From: Monocercomonoides exilis PA203
Lineage: Eukaryota; Protista; Preaxostyla
Assembly (NCBI GenBank): GCA_001643675.2
Contig: LSRY02000011.1
Location: 1,364,001 to 1,428,000 of the forward strand
Direction of reading: 5' to 3'
Length of the DNA: 64,000 nt
The position numbers and the translations under genes are program-made. The notes under the pieces were generated by a model, which did not search any database, was not told the origin of the DNA, and saw nothing but the letters and a program-made list of their open reading frames with translations. This document shows, piece by piece, positions 46,626-58,760 of the stretch (positions within the stretch are counted from its first letter, which is position 1; every line of letters starts with the position of its first letter).

Positions 46626-49429
46626 TAGTCAGGGAGTTAACCCGGGCCGGGGAGGAAATCCGGGCCAGTGATCAGAATAAAAATTCAGAATATTAATGTA
46701 TGATTTATCCAAAAAAAAGACTTCCTTGTTTATTCAAAATAAAAAATGGATAAAACATATGGGTGATTTTTTTTGATATCATAAAAAATTCCGACGTTTG
46801 ATCATAAAAAATTTTCATTAAGGGTGGGGTTGAAAAGAAAAAAGAAAGTGATGATCTCACAAATATATTGCTCTAATTATTATTATTATTATTTATTTAT
46901 TGATTTTAATTTGTTTCCAATTGTTTTAATTACAAATTTTGAAAAAAACGAAAAAAATTATTCTATAAATATCAAAACTGAAGCAAACAGAACGAAACAC
47001 ACGTTCAAACGTTAATAAAACACGATAAATATTATTCCAATGCGTTATTAATCTATTTCTTATTTAAATATTTGCAAAATAATGTCATTGCAAAGAAATT
47101 ATAAAATTTATTTTGTTGATCATAAAATTTTTGTTGTTTACAAAAAATTTTCAAAACAAACATTGACAAATTTGATAGAAAAAAAGGCATTAATCGAATA
47201 AACAACAATTTGTTGTTTATACATGTTAAAAACAAACAATTCTTTTTTTAAAAGTCATTTTGAATAATTGATCAACGTTGTCAAAAGAAATAAAAGAAAA
47301 AATCTATGAAATTCATGCTCCACTTTTAACACTGAAAAAGATTTCACCTTGCAACCGTTCTCACATCATTTTCCTCATCTTTAAACCTTCCGCACCCCAC
47401 TCATTCTCATTTCACTTCTTTTTTTTATCATTTTATATCTAGACATTCACCACTTCAGCTTCTTTCCTTTTGTCGCACTGATTCTTTTCCATGCAGGTTC
47501 TGCAAACACTCCTATCGTCTGCGATGGCTGATGAAGAAGAAGGGCGTGTGCCCATTGATCCAACTGCATCTCCGCTGTCTCCTTGAATGGGCTATTTCTC
47601 CACATTGCAGCTGCATCCACTTTCACCGTACTTGTATCTCATCTATTTGCTTTCTCTTTCTTCGCTGATTCTTCACAAGTGGCCGTCTTCCCGTCTGCTC
47701 TGACCAGCTCAACAGCTTCGAGGCTGAGTGCCTCAGAACCCAGAACAGCCTTCACTTTTGACTCATCAAACATCTGCAACATCGTGAGTTCAGGTGACAG
47801 AAAGGTTCTTGTGTGAACAACTCGTGGAAGCGAAGATACTGTTGAGGGCTGACAGCAATGATGCGCCTTCATAACGATTATTCACGGCTTATTTCATCGG
47901 CACACATCTTCACACAGTACATATGCTCCCATTCAATAAGCATAGGCATTGACCATTTATCGATTGGAAAAAGCGTGAAAGCGCCCCTTCCATCCCTCTC
48001 TTTATCTCCACCTCCACTTTGCATTGAATGATTCCTTCGTGGCTAAGGATTTATTTCTCAGATGCCCAACATCATCAACCAAATCGACGAGTCCTTCTTT
48101 TCCATCAACGTCATCCAGCCCTCTCTCTCCAAAAACACCTTTTCTGCGGCTCCGACTCCTGCTCTCCCTCCCTCGACACCGATCCAGATGTCTATATCCT
48201 CCCATTTCATCACCTTCTACCGCGCCCACCAGATATTCGTTTGCCGAGACATACACCATCTATAATGTCCGATTCGAATCAGTCACTGGAAGCCTTGTTC
48301 TTGTTCACTTCACCACATATATTCCGTTTTTGTTAAGTTTCTCAGCGCTTCTCTCATATAAAAGCCGGATCTCCTTCCGTTCCTCTTGATCGTCCATACG
48401 CTATTCTGTCTTTAACCTTGATGAATAATACTTTGATGTATCTCTCTAACTTCTTTTCATTCGCTGGCCTGTTCTTTTACCTCAATTCTGAACTGCTATG
48501 TGCTTGCAAGGGAGCACTTCACTTTTCAAAACCTGCTCTTCGTGATCGCACATCATACTGATTTTTTCTCTTCCACATCATCCTTTCCTCTTTCAACGCT
48601 CCCTCGTCCGAGCTTGTGTTAGATGATTGCTCCGACAGCTCGGTAGAACATCTTATCGCTATAGATGTCGTAATTGCTGTTAAAGAAATATTCCTTCATA
48701 CTTTTATCCAAATCGATCAGAAAGCTCCTTTGTTTTGATGCGCTTTATCTTTACTATCATTTTTCTCGGCTAGCTCTGTAGAAGCATGTTTGTTGGCCAC
48801 TTTCAACTCACCAACGACGTCCTCTCCATTCTGAATTACCCCTCCACGCTCCGCAATCTTATCTGCTCCAACTCCTGTGTTCTAAACATCGCCTCACTCA
48901 ATGGAGGACGCTGTATGCCACCTGATACATCCTTGTTACTCCTCAAAAGCGGATATGCTCTCTTCTGCGTTGCTTCTCAACACCCTCCCCCACTCTTTGT
49001 TGCTGTTCTCCAAGGCACTCATGAAAAAGAAGCATCATACAAAATGATTCAGATATTCAACAAACTCTTCTTGCTTCGTTGTCGCTTCCTGTTCTGGTCC
49101 GTTATCGTCTTTTGTTCCAACTTCTCCCCCTTTCCATTTAACTTTTGCATTTTTTCAAATCTCTTAATTATTTTCAATCCGATTTCCATTCATCATTTTT
49201 TGCCAATGCATGCTCTTCTTTCTCTTAATCTTCATTCTCTTCATCATCTCGTCAATCTTCTTCTCATTTTCAACTGTTTTTTTTTTTCTTCAGAAATACC
49301 CTTCTTCTTTCTTTCTGTAATCATCCCATATTAAGATGAGACAAAAAAAAAAGAAGAAATCCAATCAAATGAAGAAAGAGATGATGATGAAAAAGTGGTG
49401 TTATATGATATTTTTGCACACAAAGAAGA

Positions 49430-49765
49430 TGAAATAGAAGAAGAGGAAGAGGAAGAGGAAGAAGAAGAAGAGGAAGAAAGAACGAAATCAGTTTGGCGTT
49501 CAGAATGAAGTGATGAAGAGATTGCTTGGCTTGTTGGAGAAGAAGAAGAAGATGATGATGAAGATGAAGAAGAAGAAGAAGGTGAAGAAGAAGAAGAAGA
49601 AGAAGAAGAAGAAGATGATGATGATGATGATGATGATGATGAAGATGAAGAAGAAGAAGAAGGGGAAGAAGAAGAAGAAGAAGAAGAAGAAGAAGAGGAG
49701 GAGGAGGAGGAGGAAGAAGAAGAAGAAGAGGAAGAAGAATACGAAGAAGACGACGAAGAAGAAAA
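49430..49765 (+). repeat. (GAA/GAT/GAG)n low-complexity tract in a decayed gene region
   Basis: Directly visible; the surrounding frames contain stops. Confidence 0.85.
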
Positions 49766-52388
49766 TTGGTGGCAGTCAAAGGAGGGTTTGTAATGAAAGT
49801 GATCGAAGTTGCATTTGAACACGTTTCAGTTGCAGCTTCTTTCTCCACATCCGTAGAAGAGGTTGCAAAAGAGCGAGATATTTGGACATAGCAACATTCA
49901 GTTGCATCACAATCAACTGGCCGTGATGACGATTAGAAGGAAGATGATATAAAAGAAGATGCAAATTCTTGGTGCTCAGTTCTTTCAGCAGCCGCTCCTT
50001 CAAATTGTTCAGATTGATATGAATTAGTCCATTCATTCAGCGCTTTTTTGAACGATTTTGGTGCTTGCATGCTTGTGGCATCCTTCTCAGTATCTTCTTC
50101 TTCACTCTCTCTTTCACTCTTTCTTCATCTAAGTCTCCTTTTCTAACTTTTTCAAGTTCTTTGTTACTTCCGTTTTTTAATTTCTTTTTTTCCCCACTTT
50201 CATCTGCCTTGATTGCAATTCACCACTATCTCTCTCATCTCCTCGATCTCCTTTATCTTCTAAATCATCCTTTTCCCTCTTCATTTACTTCTCTTTCTGT
50301 TTCTTTCGAACTGTTCACTCAACAAAATGAATCAGAATTCCCGTGATTGTTAATAAATAAGGTTCATCTTTCCCTTTTGCCTCTGGTTCAACAGAACTCC
50401 CAATCTGATAACCAGCACTTCTTCTGTGCGGATGAATACAAACAGAATAAGTACAAAGCAAACCTAGTGGAAACGCAGAAAAATAAAGAAAAGAAAAGAA
50501 GAATGGGAAAGCTGCTGCTTATTCCGTGCCTGTGAATGCTTCCAGAGTTGCAGCGGCGAACAGCAGAAGATAAAAAAATGAATTTCTGGAGGCTGAGCAA
50601 AGCCGCCTTTCCTGCTGAGCACTATCTGAAAGTTGCTGAATTCTTCTGATTGAGTCGCCGAATTAAGTTTATTGTTATCGCTCAAGTTGCCAAGCTGACT
50701 CATCCCATTCGTTTCTCCATCGCATTTAACTTTTGAAATAAAATTATCAAAAGAAGAAGCTATTCCTTTTTCATCCTTCATCTTCTCCTTTTTCTCATCT
50801 TCTTCTTTGCTTTCATCTGATAACATTTCTTTAGAATCATCTTCCATCAATTGTTGATGTATTCTCCTTATCGAAGAAACAGCTCTTCCAAAAATGTTTA
50901 TGCTGTGATAGAATCGTTTGGAATGACTGCTGAATGAAGAGAGAAGATGCGCCCAGTCATTTTTGGTGACATATGTGTGCGGAGAACAAGTTGTGGAGAT
51001 TATTTGGCTGGATGAAGAAGAAGAAGAAGGAGGAGGAGGAGGAAGAAGAAGAGGAGGAGGAGGAAAAGAAGGAAGAGGAAGAAGAAGGAAAAGACAAAAT
51101 TTTTGTCAGGATCGTCGAAACTTGCGAGTGATGATGATGCTGACGTACATCTTTGTTGTCAACATTATGAATAAAAGGCGCTCTCTGCTCTTTCTTCGTT
51201 CTCATCCCTGGTGCTCCCTTTGGAGTTCGATAAGTCAGTCCTTTTTCTGTTTTTCCTTCATTTTCCTCCTCTCTATCTCCTTCTTCTCCGTCTCTTCCTC
51301 TTCCTCTCCATACGGGCCATATCCAATCTGCGAAGCACATTCCACAAAGTTGCCTATTGTAAATTCACTTGGCTGCGTTATCAGTAAATGTTGCACTTGA
51401 TTCGTTCTGAAGATGCAGGTTGAGCCAAAATCCATTCGAACATCTCGTTCTGCTGGCGCCGCACATGTTAAGGACAATCTGAATCATCTGAAAAGTCGTT
51501 TGCTTCGTCGTTTTCTTCGTATTTTTCATCTTCGCTCGCTTCGTAGAAGGAGTCTGAAAAAGCAAATCGATGGTGAGAATAAATTTGTGGAGAAGAAGAG
51601 GAAGATAATGATGGTGTATTCCGATGATTTCTTGTATCTATGTCCTGCGCTCGTGACGAATTCTGTTTGTGTTCCTTTTGCTTTGCCTTCTTTTCGGTAT
51701 TTTGTTCTCATTCATCATTAAGCCTATTTTCCACAGTGTCTTTGATCACCTACTCTCTGAAGAAGTTCGATTCGCTCCAGTCTAATTCTTCTTTTTGCAG
51801 CTTGCTTAATTCGTCCTTTTCATCTTTCAATCTCTTCTGTTTTGCATTTTCTTCGTATCTTCGCTTTTTGTGTTCTGAATCACTCATTACTCCTTCTTCC
51901 TCTTTATATTTATCTCATCTTCCTCTATCTTCCTCCTCTTCCTCTCCATTTCCATCTCCCTCTTTTCTTCTCTTTCTCTTTCTCGCTCTTCTCATCTGTT
52001 TCCCTGCCATTTCTCTTCACTGCTGCTTGTTCTGAAAGATGCCGTGCTTTCCCACTGCCACGATGCCTTCAAGGATGCCAACAACCACTCCGCTCATGAA
52101 ACATTCGGAGGAAAAACGAGAAGTCGAATCGAAGCTCATCTCAGGCTCCGTCTTCATCACGCTCATCGCTTCTGACCGAGAGTCGGTGGTGGATTTGGAA
52201 GAAGAAGATGATGATGAGGATAAGGATGAGGAAGATAACGAAGAAGGAGAAGGCACGTGATGTGGTTTTGCCTCGTTTTTTGAAAAAGGAGAAGTGCATT
52301 TTTGATGTTATTGAAGATCGAGAATTTTGAAGATGAATGCATATTATTATCAACTAAGAAAATCAACAAAATTCTCTTCTTCAGGATT

Positions 52389-53736
52389 TTGTCTTCTTCA
52401 GCCGAAAAGAAACCTCAGAATCCTTTTCACTTTCAGCTCAATCATCCCCCCTCTCCAACAAAAAAGTGAAATATTGAGCGATCTCTTTTTCATTCCATTT
52501 CTTTCGATTTTTCACTTCCCCTTTTTTCACAAAAAATCATCTTTCCTCAAAAATAATTCTTTGCCAAAGCCCAATGCTGGGAATCTTCGAAATATCTTGA
52601 ATTTCATCTGTCTGTCTTTATTTTTTCCCCCAAACTTTTCTTTTTATTCTTCAAAATCATCTTATCCTTCGCTCTTTCAGCATTCTTAAAACAAAATAAT
52701 AATCACTTCAAAAAAACAACAACAACAAACCTTCCAAACTTTTTTATTGGCAATATCTATATTTTATTCAGTTGGTATCTGTTTTCCTCCAATTAAATTT
52801 TTTTATTCCTTCCTTTTTCAAGTGTTTCATCATCTGATTTGCCAACCATCCTTTCCAGAAGTCATTTTAGCTTCAAATGCATTGATTTCCCTTCCTTCTG
52901 AAAAATGTGAAATTTATGCATTCTGCTCAATTCCACCCTCATCATTGAAAAATATCCTGTTTTTCCGTCTGAAAATATAACTCCAATTCCCTTCCCAATC
53001 CCTTCACCCTGTGCACTTTTCGTATGAATTCGCTCTCCCAACTCGATGGTCAGCCTGCACAATGAGATATCCCGCTTTCATTCATTTTCATTCTTTTTGA
53101 CCTGCTGCCCCTAAAACAACACAAAAAACATCAACAGGCTAATATTCATATATGGAAAAATAAATAAATATCGAACTTCCTTCTCTGCCTTTTTATTAGC
53201 AATTATTCTTTTCCTCATCAATCATACAAATATTTTCACTTAAAACAAAGAAAGAACACGTGTTGATTTCCTAGAAGAAAGATTTGTTTTAAAGCATGTG
53301 TTTTCCTCATAAGTTAACAAAAAAACAAACCTCGATACAACGTCAATGTGGAGAAAAATTGTTGAAAGAATATTTTGAAATAAAGTTATGGAATTTTTTT
53401 CTAATTGAAAAGAGTGCAAAACACACATTTTTTTAATCATTTTTAATGAATATTGTTGTTTTAATAATTATGAAATGTATGAACGCAAATAGAAAATACA
53501 CATTTTCTCGTTCTTAAAAGAACAAAAAAGAAAAAAATTTTCACAGATTTTTGATCTGAAAATTTGAGATACATTTTTCGAAAAAGAGGTCACACCTTGG
53601 CACCCCTTTTTTTGATATATTTCACACACCTTCATAACAGCAAATCGATTCGTGCAAAAAAAATGCCACCCAAGGTGTGACCCTCGTGGGATACCTTAAA
53701 AATATTTTTTCCAATTGATCTTATCCAAAATTTTTT
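52389..53736. repeat. Left arm of a ~1.35-kb inverted repeat (partner 59534-60881)
   Basis: Identical ORF translations on opposite strands; all paired coordinates sum to 113270, so there are no indels. Confidence 0.95.
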
Positions 53737-54698
53737 GTGTTTGAAAATTATTATTTTAAATGTTTATTATTTGGAGAATAACAAAATATATTTGATATTT
53801 GCATTTGTAATTTACACACTTAATTTAGTGAGATTCATGAATTTTTTTTTTTTATTTTTTATTTTTTTTTTTTGTGAAAAACATATTGAAATTAAGAATT
53901 ATCTTTCATCGATATTATTTATAACTTGTTTTTTTTTAAAAAATTACAATTATAAATTCATTTGTTTTATAATTTTGAACATTAATGTTGTGTATTATTG
54001 TTGATTAAAATTTTTAAGTTATCAAACCAGTTCACTTTGCACAATGTTGGATATGTTTCAAAATTAATGAATTGGTTCTTTGAAACAACAACAAACAAAC
54101 AAAAAAACTGAAACACTTGAAAAACAAAAAAAAAAAAACAAATAAAAACAATTTCAAAAAACTTTTTGCAACATCAAACGATATACAAAATAAACAATAT
54201 TAACATCTTGTTCATTCTAGCAAACACAAACTTATTCGTTTTCAATTTCATTCTCTCGAAATTCTCACTCATCATTATCAAATTACCAAATATTCTGAAC
54301 AATGAAAGGAAAAAGAAAAGGTTGCACCAAAACAGCTGATTTATGGAATCAATGGCAATACCAAACAAAAAAGATAGCAAATACTTCAAGTACAAAAACT
54401 AACTTGACTGTTTTTCTTTTGTTTTCCATCACATCGACACTTTCTGATATTTCTCTTGTCCAAACTCAAAAAGATCAAATTCAACAAAGAAAAAAGGCAG
54501 ACACAATGATAAAACATCACTTCACACTCTCAACTACACTCCTTTCCAAAAATCAAATCCAAAAATCATTGAAACTCTTCACAACACCCATCAAAAAATG
54601 AATCTCTGCTTAGACATATATCGATAAAATGCGGGACAATAACCAATTCTATAATAGGGACATCATAGGGACAAAAACCACAAGAAAACAATCGGATT

Positions 54699-54836
54699 CT
54701 AACTGTTGTGCACCTGGGAGGCTGTTCGTCGTATCCAGGTCCGGATAAAGCAGCCCGAAGGCTGCAATATCTAATACGAACAGTCATGTCCAGCACCCTT
54801 CCGATAGAGTGCTAGCTAAGCATGCACAACAACTAG
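54699..54836 (-). ncRNA. Candidate structured RNA (three-way junction, cUUCGg tetraloop) starting 4 nt after the transposase stop codon
   Basis: Minus strand: 15-bp closing helix CUAGUUGUUGUGCAU/GUGCACAACAGUUAG; GCUUAG; 10-bp hairpin CUAGCACUCU/AGGGUGCUGG; ACAUGA; CUGUUCGU/ACGAACAG enclosing GCAGCC-UUCG-GGCUGC and UAUCCG/UGGAUA; CCUCCCAG. G-U pairs set the strand. Confidence 0.75.
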
Positions 54837-54840
54837 TTTC

Positions 54841-57761
54841 TTAATAGGGGTCACCATTAATACAATTTTGAGATTCATTTAAAGATGAAGAGTCAAGAAG
54901 AAGATCAAATCTTCTTGAAAGAAGATCTTGAGAAGATTGAGAAAGAAGAGAAGAGTTAGATGATGTGATATCAGAGTGAAATGACTTCCTTGTTCGTTGC
55001 ACTTTTTCTATCATTGTCGAAGATTCGAGGGCAACCAGAGAGCGTTGAGGAAGATATCCAACAGCAGATGCGCAGACAAATGAGCCCTTGCGCTCAAAAT
55101 ACAAGTAGTCCTTCATGTGAGGGATTGACAGCGATGGCCATGAAATTTGCTGAGATTGTACGTACTCTTCAAAGTACCTCTCATGAACAGAGTCATTGAC
55201 AGATGATGTTGATAGAGAAGAATTAGTTGAGGATGATTCAAAAATGTCTTGTTGTGATGTCGAAGAAGCAGATGTCGATGTGTTCATGTTGTTTTCGAAG
55301 AAGTTGATTAAGTCGTAAAGTGTGGTGATGTGTTCAGTTGATAGGTTGTTGTTGATTGTGTTCACAAGTGCACCAAATTCACTATCGCAAATATTTTTTC
55401 CATGATGCTCAGCGAAGAAGTTGAGTTGAGAATTTTTCTTTTTTAGGAGTTTCGATTGTTTGGAGAGGATGAAGTGAAGAAGGAAGCGATTTCGGTTGTG
55501 TGGACCAGAATCGCAGAAGAACTTATAAGTGTGAGTGTCTGAGAAGAAGTGTCTTTTGATCACAGATTCCAGACACTCAATAACAAATCTGTGATCATTT
55601 GAGAGGCAGTCAGAGAAGAAGTTGAAAGTTCTTTTAATTTGTTGATTGTTTATTTTTTGAAGTGAGATGATTGTGAATTGAGAAACTTGTTGATAGTTGA
55701 AGAATTCTTGTTGAAGTTGGTTTTTTCTAATAGGCAGCTTCCATTTCTCTTTGAAGTCAAAAACGAAGACTGCCTCACCGTCTTTGAGATTGTTAACAGT
55801 TGATTGATAATGTTTCCGTTGCATTTCTGCTACAAGTCGATGCTGACGAAGAAGTTTGAGTGTATGAAACTCGGCGGAAGAAAGTCCATTTTTGTTTTGA
55901 GAAGATTTAAGTTTGTTTTCGAGATAGTTCAACTTCTCACACATGCCGCAGAGATCTGTGCGCCTTTTTGCTTTGGAGAAGTTGGTTGTGAGCTTGTAAA
56001 AGTGAGATAATGAAACTTTGATGTTTGTTTCATCTGTAAACTCTTTCCATAATTTCGTCTTGGGCTTAAAGATTAATCTCTTTTCATTGGGAGAAAAGAT
56101 GCCCGTTTTCTTTCTTCTTTCTTTAAGTTCTTCCAATCCATAGTTAGTTGTTATTGATGATGATAGTTGTGGAATGGAAGTTGTTCGAGGAGGTGGTGTG
56201 ATGAGTAATGATGATGATGATGATGATGATGATGATGGCGTTGCTGTTGTTGTTGTCGAAGTTAGTGCTGCTGTTGTTGTTGATATGTTATTTAAATTGT
56301 TCAAATTTGATGTTTCTGAAGAAGAAGAACCACCAAATTGAATTGATGAAAAAGTTGGTTTGGCTTTTTCTTTGATATAGAATGAAAGTGACGGAGTGAA
56401 ACCTTGAGCATAAAGATCCTTCCATGCCTTTGTCCAATTTTCGATGTTCAGTTCTGTCACATCAACGTCGTTACAGATATTCCATATGCAGTTGTTAACG
56501 CTCTTTCTTTTAATCACAGCGATGTAATGTCCATTCTGTTGATCTAAACGCTTGAAAAGAATTTGCCCAACGAGATGATATATGAAGATTTCCTTATTGT
56601 TCTTTTGCGTATGTTGAACGTTTTCTGTTGAAAACACTTTGATAAACGATCGCTGGTGAACACGATCAGTTTCAATCAGAAGAGTTCGTGAAGGAGCAGA
56701 GCTAGCAGAGTCAGTGCATTCGTGACAGAGGGCCAGCACCTCTGGAAATGCAGCCATTTCCTCCCATCTCTCAGCACAGCATTTCTCTTTGCACTCGTTG
56801 CAACAAACGGTGTTCTTTCCAATTAAAACTTCAGTTGCAAAAAGAGATGATAGGCCGTTGTGAGGAGAAGAAGAATTGATTACGACACTGTTGCAAACTT
56901 CGTTGAAACGTGATGTAATTTTTTGGCAATTTTGGCATTTAAAATGAGTAATTAAAACAGGGTTGAATGTGTCCTTGTTTATCAACTCATCTGTTTGAAG
57001 AAGTTGGCAAAGATTGTCGAATGCATGAGCCACATTTTGCTGTTGCCTTTTTCCAAAGTTGCAGAATTCTTCCCATTTATTAATAAGCGATGGGACCCAC
57101 GAACGCACTGCCATTCCATCTTTAGCCAATTGTTGACAAACACTAATAACACGCGAAGATGTGTTCTTCATAGCTGTTTGTTTTTTGAGAAAAGATGGCT
57201 TTTGTGATATGATTGAAGATAAGCATTGAAGAAGAGAGGCCAGATAGCAAGTATTTCCTAAATTTTGCAAGCCTTTAACTGTTTTTGATGAAGAACTGGA
57301 ATCTTTGTTAATGTTAGAAAATATCGATGAAGAAGGAGATTGAATTGAAGGAAGAACATCCATTTTGTTGCTGTTTGAGATGATTTGTGGAGAATAATCA
57401 TGAAGTGTTTCATCTCTATCATCTGCTTGTGTGTTATGAAGAGAAGAAGTGATACTGCCTTTTGAAAATGATGACAGAAGATTTTGAAAAGCCTGAGGAG
57501 GAATAAGAGTGGGTGAAGTGGCATATTCAACTAATTGATCACTCACCCACACATCATTGTTGCTGAAGGAAGAAGTGTTTGTTGTTTCTTTTTGTTGCTT
57601 TTTGGAAGATGAGGAGGATGAGGAGGATGAGGAGGATGAGGAGGATGAGGAGGATGAGGAGGATGAGGAGGATGAGGAGGATGAGGAGGATGAGGAGGAT
57701 GAGAAGGATGAAGATGAGGAAGATGAAAAAAAAGGTGAAGAAGAATATGAAGAAGAAGAAG

Positions 57762-57792
<31 letters not shown>

Positions 57793-58760
57793 TGATGATT
57801 TTTTTGTTTTGAAGAATTTGTGAATTGGAATGGGCGAAGGAGACGAGTGACGTTTTTGATGTGATTTATTTGTTTTTCTTTTTGTTGATCTCCTTTCTCT
57901 CATAATTGGAGTGTTGATTGGAGCATCAATAGATTGAGAAGGTGAAGAATTTGAAGAAGGAGATTTTTTTTCTGAAACGACATTTGATTTTTTATTTTGT
58001 TGAGATGATGATGAAGAAGAAGAAGATTGTTTTTTCTTTGAAGAGGAATTTTCTGTAATTATATCTTCTTCCCAAGCTGCTTCATCAATAAATCTTGCAT
58101 AATCCGGTTCTGCTCGCTGCTTTTTCTTTGCTGACTGAAGCGAAGTTGAGGCTTCAGTGGAATGGGCTAACATCCAGTTGTTGCCCTTTTCCCAATCCTG
58201 TTCATTTAAGCCTAAAATAAACAGAGAAAATTATTCAAAAAAAATTCAAATAAAAACAAACCACTTTTGCAAGACGGTAGATGCGGTTTTTGAGGCTGGA
58301 CAATAAATCCTTGGTTCTTCTTTAAAGTTTGTTTTGCATAAATGTATTTGCCTTCTGTGACATCATATCCATAGTCTTGTAAATCGGATAATGATGTGTT
58401 TCGAGACAGCGCCTGTAGCATTGTTGTCTGAGTGTGCAATGGAGCGTTGTTGTACACAACAGACATGTCTTCGAGCAGCTTTATATGATATTCTGTTTGA
58501 AAAAAAATAAATAATAAACAAAAAAATAAGAAAATGACAAATATGACAGTTCATGAATTTTTCTATATAAAACTTGAAAAAATAAAAATCAAACCGTTTA
58601 ATGTCTTCAGTAAATCGTTTATTACTGAAGATGATTGCCTATAGTTGAAAAACAGATAGACAAGCAATGCATCCACGTCATCTCCACCGATGCGTTCAAT
58701 TTCTTTCCAAAGAATTTTCGATTGTGAATTAAGAGTTGATTGAGGTTTCGAAAAAGACAT
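54841..58760 (-). CDS. Sola-like DDD transposase with an internal ubiquitin-specific protease (peptidase C19) domain; join(58760-58595, 58492-58262, 58211-54841), ~1255 aa
   Basis: Two phase-1 GT-AG introns give one uninterrupted frame. USP motifs: Cys box [18 protein letters not shown], His box [18 protein letters not shown]. Transposase motifs: [44 protein letters not shown]. Confidence 0.9.
57606..57795 (+). repeat. (GAGGAGGAT)n/(GAA)n tract encoding the poly-Ser linker of the transposase
   Basis: Directly visible. Confidence 0.9.

Noticed and set aside
46624-46630. AGTAGT as a Polinton/Maverick terminus
   Set aside because: No polB, integrase or capsid ORFs and no long TIR partner in the window.
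51080-51105. GAAGAAGAAGGAAAAGACAAAATTTT shared with ~62384-62409
   Set aside because: Short and purine-rich; likely remnant paralogy, with no element boundaries.
47400-52330. Many short ORFs (also at 60900-64000), considered as genes or as evidence of stop-codon reassignment
   Set aside because: All three stop types and frameshifts interrupt them, while the long genes are free of in-frame stops; best read as decayed pseudogenes of unassignable family.
53691-53700. TTAA as a piggyBac/Sola3-type TSD at GGGATACC|TTAA
   Set aside because: The inverted homology continues ~37 bp past it, so it is internal to the repeat.
54736-54765. CAGGTCCGGATAAAGCAGCC resembles the bacterial SRP 4.5S RNA core
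   Set aside because: The CC-GGAA-GG hairpin cannot form, G-U pairs and the UUCG loop favour the opposite strand, and copy A lacks the motif.
54775-54792. AUGA followed by a helix in a 3' UTR, as a possible SECIS
   Set aside because: No opposing GA quartet, no in-frame UGA needed upstream, and copy A has AAGA.
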